Source: Verrucomicrobiia bacterium (GTDB lineage: Bacteria > Verrucomicrobiota > Verrucomicrobiia > Palsa-1439). From it: 64,000 nucleotides of DNA. Under the pieces are notes generated by a model. The model searched no databases. It was not told the origin of the DNA and was given only the letters and a program-made list of their open reading frames with translations. Below, one piece after another: positions 1-8,518 of the stretch; within the stretch, counting starts at the first letter, position 1; each line of letters begins with the position of its first letter. The position numbers were made by a program, and so were the translations under genes. The DNA lies in the NCBI GenBank assembly GCA_050008795.1, contig JBEKLX010000001.1, positions 3,455-67,454 of the forward strand, in the 5' to 3' direction.

Positions 1-443
1 AGGTTTCAGCAAGCCGACTTCATGGGAGAGCACCAGCCCTTCGACTTCACGCACGATGGGGAACCTGCCAAAAACGTAATCCATGTGGATCGCGTTGGTG
101 TTCGATAGAATTAGACGCGTCACCTGCCTTTTGAGCCGACGCGCCAGCACAATCATCGGCTCGATCGGCTCGAAAATGTCCGACCAGATATGTGCGAATT
201 CGGCAAAATCGCCATCGAACCCGGTGTCCTGCCGCACGATCTCGAAGAACCGTTGCGACGACAACTCGCCGCGCGCCAACTGGTTCACGGACGGCGTGAG
301 CATCACGTAATTCTCCAGCTCACGCCGGGTCTTGCCCGTGCGCGCCGCCATCCGGTCCAACGCGCGCGTCTCGTCCACCGCGATCAGCACGTTGCCCAAA
401 TCGAAGATGACCGTTTCGATCACCGGCTGTGGCACTGGCGTCA
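1..443 (-). CDS. HAD-family hydrolase (subfamily IA-like); C-terminus runs off the window start
   Basis: Manual translation of the reverse strand gives VTPVPQPVIETVIFDLGNVLIAVDETRA...LTPSVNQLARGELS...IVRQDTGFDGDFAEFA...VLARRLKRQVTRLILSNTNAIHMDYVFGRF. The DxG motif I of the HAD fold is present. A GTG start overlaps the mtnA stop (GTGA). Confidence 0.55.
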
Positions 444-1490
444 CCGCAATCTCCGCAACTCGCCGGGCTTCACAATCCCCTGCTCCGTTATGATGCCGGT
501 GATGAATTTGGCGGGCGTCACGTCGAAACCCGGGTTCGCCGCTCGCGCGCCGCGCGGCGCGAGGCGGATGCCGCTCATGAACCGCACTTCGTCCTCGTCC
601 CGTTCTTCGATGGGGATATTCGCGCCCATCGGGCATTTCCAGTCGATTGTTGAACTCGGCGCGGCCACGTAAAATGGAATCCCGTTCTCATGGGCGAGCA
701 CCGCTTTTTGGTACGTGCCAATCTTGTTCGCGGTGTCTCCGTTGGCTGCGATGCGGTCGGCGCCGACGATGCACAAATCCACCTCGCCGCGTTGCATGTA
801 GAACCCGCCGGCGTTATCGGTGATGATTTTGTGAGGCACGCCTTCGTTCAACAATTCCCAACTCGTGAGATTCGTCCCCTGATTGCGCGGGCGAGTCTCG
901 TCCACCCAAACAAACACCTTGCGGCCTTTGCGATGCGCCAGATAAATCGGCGCGGTCGCGCTTCCCCAGTCCACCAACGCCAGCCAGCCCGCGTTGCAAT
1001 GCGTAAGCACTCGCGTGCCGTTCCGGATCAGCGGCAACCCGACCTCGCCAATGCGCCGCGACCGTTCGACATACTCATCGGCAATGCGTTCGGCCTCGGC
1101 CACCGCCGCGTGCCGGTCCCGTTCCGTGGCGATACCATGGACACGGTCAATCGCATGTTTAAGATCAACCGCGGTGGGACGCGTGTGCAGCAAACGTCGA
1201 TAGGCCTGCTCTAAGTACCCGCTGAATCCGCGTGCCGGTGCTTCAATCACGGCCTGCGCCATGCCGTAAGCCGCCGTCGCGCCGATGGTGCCAGCACCGC
1301 GGACGATCATGGTCGCGATGGCGCGCGCCGTTTCACGATGGTTCTTCAAGCGAAGCAACTTGAACCGGTGCGGCAGCAGCGTCTGATTAATGACCACGAC
1401 ATCGCGGTGACCTGCGTGGCCATAGCCAGTTTTGCGGGGCGACGGCCCGTTCATCCATACTGCGCGATAATCTTTGCCGTGAACTTTCAT
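441..1490 (-). CDS. mtnA: S-methyl-5-thioribose-1-phosphate isomerase (eIF-2B alpha/beta/delta family)
   Basis: 349-aa ORF with MtnA/eIF2B family hallmarks (TRPT...AVDL, GADRIAANGDTANKIGTY, PFYVAAP). Confidence 0.85.
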   Translation of the reverse strand: MKVHGKDYRAVWMNGPSPRKTGYGHAGHRDVVVINQTLLPHRFKLLRLKNHRETARAIATMIVRGAGTIGATAAYGMAQAVIEAPARGFSGYLEQAYRRLLHTRPTAVDLKHAIDRVHGIATERDRHAAVAEAERIADEYVERSRRIGEVGLPLIRNGTRVLTHCNAGWLALVDWGSATAPIYLAHRKGRKVFVWVDETRPRNQGTNLTSWELLNEGVPHKIITDNAGGFYMQRGEVDLCIVGADRIAANGDTANKIGTYQKAVLAHENGIPFYVAAPSSTIDWKCPMGANIPIEERDEDEVRFMSGIRLAPRGARAANPGFDVTPAKFITGIITEQGIVKPGELRRLR

Positions 1491-2086
1491 CAGAGTTTGC
1501 GCCGCCCTTCGAGGGCGCGGGACAACGTGACTACGTCAGCCGACTCCAAAGCGCTGCCGGCGGGCAATCCGAGTCCGATCCGGCTGACGTTCACACCAAG
1601 CGGCTTGAGTTGCTCTGACAGATAATGCGCCGTGGCTTCGCTCTCCACGTCGGCGCCCATCGCGAGAATTACTTCGGTCGGCTTCTCGCGTCGGACACGT
1701 TCCAGCAGCGCGGCGATGCGCAGTTTTTCCGGGCCGATATCGTTCAGTGGCGAGATGCGCCCCATCAATGCGTGATAGACGCCGCAGAACGAGCCGGTGC
1801 GTTCCACTGAGAGAATGTCGTTTGGACCTTCCACTACACAGATTACTTTCGGGTCGCGTCGGGCGCCGGCACAGATTTCACATGGATCCTGCTCGGTATA
1901 ATTGCCGCACCGTGAGCAGTTGTGAATCTTCGATTTGGTTTCCAGAATCGACTGCGCCAACTGTTTGCTGGCGTCAGCCTCGGTCTTCAATAGATGCAGC
2001 GCGATGCGCTCGGCCCCGCGTTTGCCGATTCCGGGCAGCCGCGAGAGTTGCGTGATGAGATTCTGGACTGGTTTCGGATACTCCAT
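1490..2086 (-). CDS. recR: Recombination protein RecR
   Basis: 198 aa with the helix-hairpin-helix motif LPGIGKRGAERIALHLL, a C4 zinc finger (CSRCGNYTEQDPCEIC) and a Toprim domain. Lies in the canonical dnaX-ybaB-recR cluster. Confidence 0.95.
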   Translation of the reverse strand: MEYPKPVQNLITQLSRLPGIGKRGAERIALHLLKTEADASKQLAQSILETKSKIHNCSRCGNYTEQDPCEICAGARRDPKVICVVEGPNDILSVERTGSFCGVYHALMGRISPLNDIGPEKLRIAALLERVRREKPTEVILAMGADVESEATAHYLSEQLKPLGVNVSRIGLGLPAGSALESADVVTLSRALEGRRKL

Positions 2087-2158
2087 AACAGTTTACACCG
2101 ACACATTCACCCCGAAAGCCTCGTAAGATAAGGCAGGCTTCCGGTACAAGAAGCCGGC

Positions 2159-2485
2159 TTACATTCCGAGGCCGGGGATGTTCATGCCAGCCGTGATTTT
2201 GCCCATTTCCGTTTCCTGCGTCTTCTTGGCGGTATGAAGAGCGTTGGTCACGGCGCCGAGCACCAGGTCCTCCAACATTTCCACGTCTTTCGGATCGACC
2301 ACCTTGGGATCGATCTTGATCGAGACGACAGAGCCATCGCACTTAGCGACGGCCTTGACCGCGCCGCCACCGGCGCTGCCTTCGACTTCACGCCGTGTCA
2401 ACTCCTCCTGAATGCGCTGCATATCTTCCTGCATCTTCTGCGCTTGCTTTAGTAATTTGCCCAAACCTGCCATGTAATCCTTCAC
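2159..2485 (-). CDS. ybaB: Nucleoid-associated protein YbaB/EbfC
   Basis: 108-aa ORF with YbaB/EbfC family similarity (MQEDMQRIQEEL...GGGAVKA), located between dnaX and recR. Confidence 0.9.
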   Translation of the reverse strand: MKDYMAGLGKLLKQAQKMQEDMQRIQEELTRREVEGSAGGGAVKAVAKCDGSVVSIKIDPKVVDPKDVEMLEDLVLGAVTNALHTAKKTQETEMGKITAGMNIPGLGM

Positions 2486-2543
2486 GCAATGGACAGGCGG
2501 CCTGCCTTCGCCAAGGCTTCGGCGGGCGGGGACGCCTATCCTA

Positions 2544-4223
2544 CTATCTTCTTACTTCGACGATTGTGCCTTTGAAAATCTCCAGCGCTTTCTTGATCAA
2601 CGGATCATTGCGAAACTCGTCGAGGTTTTTGCCTGCTCCCGCAGTCGCGGGGTTATCTACCGCAGGCGCACCGTGCGCTTTTGGCACCGGCGCGGGTGGC
2701 GTGGATGATGGTTCGGTCGCCTCATCGGTCACATCGAACCTCAACGACACGTTCATGCGTAATTTCTCACCGAGCTTGCCTTGGAGCAGTTCGCGATTGC
2801 GCACGGTGTCCACGAACTCGCGCCGTTCGGCAAATTCAGGATCGAATCCGATCACGACCACGTTACCTTGCAGACGCAACGGTCTGGTACCGACAAGATA
2901 GCTCTTTGCCAACGGCGTAACCTTGCCGAGATGTTCCACCGCATATTCCCAGGCTTCGGAGAGTGAAACCGACGTTGTAGAGGCCGTCGTCTCGGCGGCA
3001 GGGATTGGCCGGGCTCGCGACAGCGCAGGGCTAGGCGCCCCGACACCCGTGTCGGGGCTCCCACGAGACGAAAAAAGTTCGCTTTTCAACTCGTTTAATT
3101 TCCTCAGCAATGCGTCGAGGCTGACCGTTTCGCGCGCTTTGATGGCTGTAACGACCGCAATCTCGAACAGGATCCGTTTCGAGAGCGCATACCGCAGTTT
3201 ACCTTCCGCCGCGGCCAGCGCGTCAATGATCCGCAACACGATATCGGAATCAATCCGCTGCGCTTGTGCCTTGAGCAAATCCAGCTCGGTTTCGGGGAGT
3301 TCGACGCATATGTCTGTCGGGGCGAGCGTGACCACGAGCAGATTGCGAAAATGATCGAGCAGTTCGGCCAACAGCCGCTGCAAATCTTTGCCGGCCTCGT
3401 CGAGTTCCTTGAGCACTTTAAGCGCCACATTTATTTCCCCGTTGATAATCGCATCGGTCAGCGTCGCCAGTTGTTTGTGGGCGACGAGACCAAACACGCC
3501 GAGCACGTCTTTTTCGGCAATCTCGTCACCGCAAAAAGCGATCAATTGATCGAGCGCGCTTTCAGCGTCGCGAAGTCCGCCTTCGGCGCCGCGGGCAATA
3601 GCCAACAGCGCCGCGTCGTCGATCTTCACCTTCTCGTCCCTGGCAATTTCCTGAAGCCGTTTGACAATGAGATTCGCAGGTATGCGGCGCAGATCAAACC
3701 GTTGACAACGAGAGAGAATTGTCGGCAGCACCTTCTGCGGCTCGGTCGTGGCGAACAGGAACTTCACGTGCGCCGGCGGTTCTTCCAATGTTTTCAGGAG
3801 GGCATTGAACGCTGCCGCGCTCAGCATGTGGACTTCGTCGATGATGTAGATTTTGAACTTACCGCGCGCGGGGGCGTACCGCACCGTGTCGCGCAATTCG
3901 CGCACTTGTTCGACGCCGTTGTTGCTCGCGCCATCGATCTCCAACACATCAAGGGAGCGGCCTTCGGCGATTTCCTTGCAGTTGTCACACTTGTCGCACG
4001 GCGTGGCGGTCGGGCCTTTCACGCAGTTCAATGCCTTGGCGAAAATACGCGCAATTGACGTCTTGCCAGTACCGCGCGGGCCGACAAACAGATAGGCGTG
4101 GGCGAGCCGCTGTTGGTCGATGGCGTTCTTCAGGGTCGTCGCCACGTGTTCCTGGCCCACGACTTCATCGAACTGCTGTGGCCGCCATTTGCGCGCCAGA
4201 ACTTGATATTGTTGCTGTGCCAT
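2544..4223 (-). CDS. dnaX: DNA polymerase III subunit gamma/tau
   Basis: 559 aa with an AAA+ Walker A motif (GPRGTGKTS), Walker B (IYIIDEVHMLS), sensor motifs and a zinc module (CDKCDNC). No AAAAAAG frameshift heptamer was seen. Confidence 0.95.
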   Translation of the reverse strand: MAQQQYQVLARKWRPQQFDEVVGQEHVATTLKNAIDQQRLAHAYLFVGPRGTGKTSIARIFAKALNCVKGPTATPCDKCDNCKEIAEGRSLDVLEIDGASNNGVEQVRELRDTVRYAPARGKFKIYIIDEVHMLSAAAFNALLKTLEEPPAHVKFLFATTEPQKVLPTILSRCQRFDLRRIPANLIVKRLQEIARDEKVKIDDAALLAIARGAEGGLRDAESALDQLIAFCGDEIAEKDVLGVFGLVAHKQLATLTDAIINGEINVALKVLKELDEAGKDLQRLLAELLDHFRNLLVVTLAPTDICVELPETELDLLKAQAQRIDSDIVLRIIDALAAAEGKLRYALSKRILFEIAVVTAIKARETVSLDALLRKLNELKSELFSSRGSPDTGVGAPSPALSRARPIPAAETTASTTSVSLSEAWEYAVEHLGKVTPLAKSYLVGTRPLRLQGNVVVIGFDPEFAERREFVDTVRNRELLQGKLGEKLRMNVSLRFDVTDEATEPSSTPPAPVPKAHGAPAVDNPATAGAGKNLDEFRNDPLIKKALEIFKGTIVEVRR

Positions 4224-4337
4224 AAGTCTGCAACTGTGACCGGTGACTGGTTGATTTGATCTCCAATCACCAATTACCGATCACCGAAAAAACGGTCGTG
4301 CACCCCGCTTCGACCAACTACGTCGGTTTACCCATCG

Positions 4338-4455
4338 CGGTTGAAGCTCCAGTCAGGCGACCCGACGGCACATGGAACATCGAGCTTACCGTTGCTGTCT
4401 TCCGACTCTGGCGGGGTTCACAGGCAACCATTGCATCGGACCCGGCCTTCAACGC
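4338..4455 (-). ncRNA. ffs: Candidate small (4.5S-type) SRP RNA
   Basis: Minus-strand RNA ...CCCCGCC-AGA-GUC[GGAA]GAC-AGCAAC-GGU... has a GGAA tetraloop on a 3-bp stem and a 3/6 asymmetric loop (AGA / AGCAAC), resembling SRP domain IV (E. coli UCC[GGAA]GGA with AGG / AGCAGC). The termini pair (GCGUUGAAGG with CUUCAACCGC) to give a ~118-nt hairpin. Position upstream of dnaX matches known scr-dnaX synteny, and ffh is present in the window. Not verified with a covariance model. Confidence 0.45.
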
Positions 4456-4635
4456 CGCGCCGCGAAGTGCGCCCCCACGTCGCCGCCTGCACGGGGAATT
4501 CAGCCCAGCTGGAGCGGGTTGCTGGCCTGCCCCGAATCGCTTCGGGGCAGAGGGAACCGCTACCTCCCCGCCTAGCACGACCAAATTGGACTCGACCCGC
4601 CGTTGCGGCGGCGGCCCGAATCATATTCAAAAAAC

Positions 4636-4711
4636 TGGAGCCAACGGTCGGAATCGAACCGACGACCTGCGGTTTACGAAACCGCTGCTCTACCAGCTGA
4701 GCTACGTTGGC
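4636..4711 (-). tRNA. tRNA-Thr (anticodon CGU)
   Basis: Cloverleaf GCCAACG-TA-GCTCAGCTGGTAGAGC-A-GCGGT-TTCGTAA-ACCGC-AGGTC-GTCGG-TTCGATT-CCGAC-CGTTGGC-T-CCA, 76 nt with encoded CCA. A GTTTTTTG run follows the 3' end. Confidence 0.9.
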
Positions 4712-4873
4712 CGCAAAACAACTCGCGATACACCTTATAAGCGAACGCCTCACGCCGGTCAAGGTTCGCGTCAAACACCCGCAGAGATGGAACGGTCGAA
4801 CGAGGTTCTTTCCCCTGCGCGGATGGAAGTTGCAAAGTTCCTGCGGTCTTGGCAAGTTTGACGCGAAGTTTCC

Positions 4874-5668
4874 ATGAAGATCGACAATGTTGATTTGCGG
4901 TCGCTGCTTGTCAGTTGGCCATACGATCCGGATAACGCCGTGCGCGTCGCGCGCGGCGCGGATGGCCGGCCGATCATGCAGGTCCGCACGCCGCTCGGCA
5001 TTGAGCAGTATGAATTGGATGGTCGGCCCGATGGCCGGCATCCGCACGATATGGAATCGGTGCTGGATTTCCAGTATGCCCGTCTTGCCGCGATGCGAGC
5101 CCCGAAAAGCGTTTCGGGGCAGGACGGAGACCTGAAGACATCCTTTCGGCTCAGCGCCGATGATTGCGCCGAACTGTTCGAGGAAAGCGTGCTGTATTAC
5201 TACCGTTACCTGCACCTATTCCAAATTCAGGACTGGGCGCGCACAGTCCGCGACACGAAGCGCAATCTGGAACTGTTCGAGTTCGTTCGCCGGTATGCGC
5301 GGCGGAAGGAAGACCGTCTGCACCTAGAACAATGGCGCCCATACGTCCTTCGTATGAACGCCGTGGCGCGCGCCATGTTGGAACTGGAAGCTCGCGCCCA
5401 CAACCGCGCCCTGGCGATCCTCCGCGAGACCATAGCGCAGATCGAGGCATTGCCGGAACTGGACAATCAAACGCACGAAATCGAGCGCGAACGGTCACTG
5501 GAAGCGCTCCGTGAGACGGCGGCGAATATCGAGAAGAACCGGCCGTTGAGCGAGCGGGAACAACTCGAACGCGAGTTGAGCAAGGCGGTTGAAACGGAAA
5601 AGTTCGAGCGCGCAGCCGAGTTGCGCGACCGCATCCGGGTCATGGACGACCACGGGAAGTTGTCATAA
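4874..5668 (+). CDS. Hypothetical protein with a C-terminal UvrB/UvrC (UVR) motif
   Basis: 264-aa ORF with an acidic coiled-coil C-terminus ending KFERAAELRDRIRVMD (UVR motif). No other recognisable domain. Confidence 0.6.
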   Translation: MKIDNVDLRSLLVSWPYDPDNAVRVARGADGRPIMQVRTPLGIEQYELDGRPDGRHPHDMESVLDFQYARLAAMRAPKSVSGQDGDLKTSFRLSADDCAELFEESVLYYYRYLHLFQIQDWARTVRDTKRNLELFEFVRRYARRKEDRLHLEQWRPYVLRMNAVARAMLELEARAHNRALAILRETIAQIEALPELDNQTHEIERERSLEALRETAANIEKNRPLSEREQLERELSKAVETEKFERAAELRDRIRVMDDHGKLS

Positions 5669-5696
5669 GAACCGCAAGTCACAGAAAGGAAAACCG

Positions 5697-6191
5697 ATGG
5701 ACGCTCTGGAAGCCTTGAAAACGCGCCGTAGTGTGCGCGCGTACAAATCGGAACCTGTCCCTGCGGCCATCGTGGAAGACATCGTGGACTGCGCGCGGCT
5801 TGCCACCACGGCGCGCAACGTCCAGCCGTGGGAATTCGTCGTTATCACGAAGGCGGAGATACGACGCGCGATTGCAGATATCATCGACACCGGACGATTC
5901 ATAGCCAACGCGCCGGTGTGCGTCGTTGTATTCTGCCGCGACACCAAGTACTACCTCGAGGACGGCAGCGCGGCGATCGAGAATATATTACTGGCCGCGC
6001 GAGCGCACGAACTCGGTTCCTGCTGGGTCGCGGGCGACAAGAAACCATACGCGCCACAAATCGCCAGCCTGCTCGGCGTGCCGGCCGAGTTCAAGCTCAT
6101 CGGTCTGGTCGCCATCGGGCACGCGGCAGAGTCCCCATCGATGCCGCCCAAGCGTTCCCTGGCCGAAGTTCTTCACCGCGAGAAGTTCTAG
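5697..6191 (+). CDS. Nitroreductase-family protein
   Basis: MDALEALKTRRSVRAY... matches the nitroreductase fold signature (RRS.R.Y, NVQPWEFVVI). An ATG at 5697 has the RBS AAAGGAAAA; the ORF-track N-terminal extension (from 5589) overlaps the upstream gene and is probably not translated. Confidence 0.8.
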   Translation: MDALEALKTRRSVRAYKSEPVPAAIVEDIVDCARLATTARNVQPWEFVVITKAEIRRAIADIIDTGRFIANAPVCVVVFCRDTKYYLEDGSAAIENILLAARAHELGSCWVAGDKKPYAPQIASLLGVPAEFKLIGLVAIGHAAESPSMPPKRSLAEVLHREKF

Positions 6192-6194
6192 CCT

Positions 6195-6388
6195 GGATAT
6201 TTCACGCCTGTCAGAAGGTAGTCGTGAAATATCCACCTCGGGAGCGCCGTGCGTGGGGGCACGGCGCTCCCGATGCCGACACACTCCGTGTGTCGGGGCT
6301 GCCCCGACAATTCGGTAGCTTCTGCCGAATTGTCGGTCCTGCGGACACATATTTCACACGGGCGTGTGAAATATGCGGGCTAGCCCGC
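6195..6388. repeat. Cluster of seven consecutive GC-rich hairpins/palindromes
   Basis: Perfect inverted repeats: 6195-6206/6223-6234 (GGATATTTCACG...CGTGAAATATCC); 6240-6252/6259-6271 (13 bp); 6276-6284/6288-6296; 6291-6298/6302-6309; 6304-6315/6325-6336 (12 bp); 6348-6360/6363-6375 (13 bp); 6375-6388 (GCGGGCTAGCCCGC). The half-site ATATTTCAC / GTGAAATAT is reused in hairpins 1 and 6. Confidence 0.8.
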
Positions 6389-6441
6389 ATGTCATAGCGC
6401 AAGATTTGCGTTGATTTTGCCGGTCGTTTTCAGCAGAGGTA

Positions 6442-7488
6442 TTGCCCGTGAAGCGAGCGATATTTTGGTTGGGCGTCGCGTGGTGCGGTATCGTGGGTCC
6501 CACGACGTATCCACAAGGGTCCGGTCCATTGGAGAGTTTGAAGCGGTTCAGCAGTTTTTCGCAAGTGGATCTCCGGCGGATGCTCGATGGCGAGATTCTT
6601 GCCGAACGCGGTCCGTTGATGGAGTTCCCCAATGGAATCACCGCTGAGACTTGTTTTGTCGTGCCGATTTCAGCGGAAGAAACCGCCAAACAACTGAAGA
6701 CCTGGGATGCAACGCCGCACGAGGCCTTGAAGGTTCACGCTTTCCAGATGCTGCATAACCCATGCGAACCCGGCGACTTCCAGCGGCTGAGTTTCAAGTC
6801 CAACCAACATTCAATCCGATGGCTGCTGGAGAGGACAAAGGAGAGCACCCCCGACAAGTCGGAACTCAATCTCTCGCGCAGCGAGGCGCGGGAACTGGCG
6901 GGTTGCGTCGATAAGAACTTCGATCCGACCAGGATTGCCTCCTGCTGGTCCAAATTACTGTTTGCACGCGCGGCCTCCTTTCAGCGCCGGAGGCTCGCGG
7001 GCATTCTGCCATACGAAACCACAGGGGAAACTATACTACCCGTGATGCAACTGCGCGCGATGTTGGGGGAGCAGCTTCAGGTCGCTCATGAATTCCAGCC
7101 GATTCTGCAGCGGATCGGTCTGTTCGGCAGCACTAATGGCGCCGTGGCGCCTGTGCCATGCTATTATTGGACCATGTTCGATGCCGATCACCATGCCACA
7201 ATCAGCCTCGGCGCTTTCTATGAACTCGCGGTGGACGATCATTTCCAGATGGTGGACGTGGAATATTACGTCAGCGGCAATTATTACACATCGGCGACGC
7301 TCTACGAAATCTGGCCGATCCGCATCGGCAACAAATCGGGATCGTTGGTGTGGCGCGACGATTTCTTTGCGGCACCCATGCTGAGGTTCACCAAAGGGAC
7401 CGAACGTCTGGCGTATGGCGCAATCATGCTGCAGGAGATCAAGAAAGAGATTCGCTATTTCCAGGATGACATGAAGATTAAGCAATGA
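6442..7488 (+). CDS. Hypothetical secreted protein (N-terminal signal peptide)
   Basis: 348 aa with a TTG start after a GAGG RBS. The hydrophobic N-terminus (AIFWLGVAWCGIVG) fits a signal peptide. No recognised domain. It overlaps the next gene by ATGA, which suggests translational coupling. Confidence 0.6.
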   Translation: MPVKRAIFWLGVAWCGIVGPTTYPQGSGPLESLKRFSSFSQVDLRRMLDGEILAERGPLMEFPNGITAETCFVVPISAEETAKQLKTWDATPHEALKVHAFQMLHNPCEPGDFQRLSFKSNQHSIRWLLERTKESTPDKSELNLSRSEARELAGCVDKNFDPTRIASCWSKLLFARAASFQRRRLAGILPYETTGETILPVMQLRAMLGEQLQVAHEFQPILQRIGLFGSTNGAVAPVPCYYWTMFDADHHATISLGAFYELAVDDHFQMVDVEYYVSGNYYTSATLYEIWPIRIGNKSGSLVWRDDFFAAPMLRFTKGTERLAYGAIMLQEIKKEIRYFQDDMKIKQ

Positions 7489-8402
7489 GCACATTCCAGC
7501 ATGCTGTGAGGTTTTTGATGAAAAGTAACATTGGTTTGGTGTTGGCCATCGCGGGATTGTTGGCGCCGCTCACAGCGGTGGCAGCAGACAACCCGATGGC
7601 CATCTCGGAGGAACTTGACGCACAGTACATATACAGCGGCGGCGGCAGTACGCACGGCGCTGGGCCGCACGCCGGTTCCATAAGTGAACATAGTGCGGAC
7701 GTCAAATATGTCTTCTCACCCCAAGTCACGAAGGACTTATTGTTGCGGTTTGGTTTTGAATGGCAGCGGTTTTCGTTCGACGTGCCTGGTCATATACCCG
7801 TGCCCGATACGCTACAGCAGGTCAGCGCGGTGATCGGTCTCGACTACCAGCTTGGCGATCAATGGCTCGTGCGCACCGAACTGGAGCCGGGGATGTACAG
7901 CGATTTCGAGGACTCGAACTTCCGTGGTTTCAACGCGCCACTCGTTTTGGGCGTCGCTTATCTGGCCAATGCCGATCTCCAATGGTTCTTTGGCTTGCGC
8001 GTGGATTTGCGGAGCCATAACCCGGTTCTCCCATCGCCGGGCGTCCGCTGGAAATTCGCCGATGAGTGGACGCTGAATCTGGTGTTCCCCAACCCACGGC
8101 TGGAATACGACGTGAACGACCGCTTCCAGGTTTATCTGGGGGCGAACGTCGAGTCGGGAACCTTCGTGGTAGGCGATCGTTTTGGCACCGACCATGGCGT
8201 GCCAAAGTTGGATCATGCCACTGTAGATTATATGGCCGTTCGTGTCGGCCCGGGCTGTTTGTGGAAAGTTCGGCCCAACCTGACCATGGAAGCTGGCGCC
8301 GGGTTTATGCTTCAACGGCGGTTCGATTTCTTTGACCAGGACATGACGATCCGCAATCACGATGCGCCCTATCTGCAAATCGCCTGTCACGCCCGGTTCT
8401 GA
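7485..8402 (+). CDS. Hypothetical outer-membrane beta-barrel protein
   Basis: 305 aa with a signal peptide (MKSNIGLVLAIAGLLAPLTAVAA), alternating amphipathic beta-strand pattern and a C-terminal aromatic residue (…HARF). Confidence 0.55.
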   Translation: MSTFQHAVRFLMKSNIGLVLAIAGLLAPLTAVAADNPMAISEELDAQYIYSGGGSTHGAGPHAGSISEHSADVKYVFSPQVTKDLLLRFGFEWQRFSFDVPGHIPVPDTLQQVSAVIGLDYQLGDQWLVRTELEPGMYSDFEDSNFRGFNAPLVLGVAYLANADLQWFFGLRVDLRSHNPVLPSPGVRWKFADEWTLNLVFPNPRLEYDVNDRFQVYLGANVESGTFVVGDRFGTDHGVPKLDHATVDYMAVRVGPGCLWKVRPNLTMEAGAGFMLQRRFDFFDQDMTIRNHDAPYLQIACHARF

Positions 8403-8518
8403 AAGCGCCCGCGCGTGAGCAAAGGCTGGACGCCGCCCGCCATGCTCGTTATAGTTTCCCGTGGACAGTAGCGCGGGTCAGGCATGCGAGGCCTGACCCG
8501 CGTTGCGCCTGTGGCTTT

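Noticed and set aside
2544-4223. Programmed -1 frameshift site (A AAA AAG) in dnaX producing a gamma subunit
   Set aside because: No AAAAAAG heptamer or equivalent slippery sequence is present on the coding strand. The only A/T run (3061-3077 region) is T-rich on the coding strand.
4256-4861. Plus-strand ORFs of 201 and 119 aa overlapping tRNA-Thr and the candidate SRP RNA
   Set aside because: They span a tRNA gene and a structured RNA. Their composition is Arg/Pro-rich with no domain. The region is better explained by the RNA genes and promoters.
5589-5696. N-terminal 36-aa extension of the nitroreductase ORF, and similar ORF-track extensions for the DUF47 gene (to 27564), rpsP (38430) and ogg (55946)
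   Set aside because: The extensions overlap upstream genes or lack RBS support. Internal ATG or GTG starts with good Shine-Dalgarno spacing give N-termini that match the family norms.
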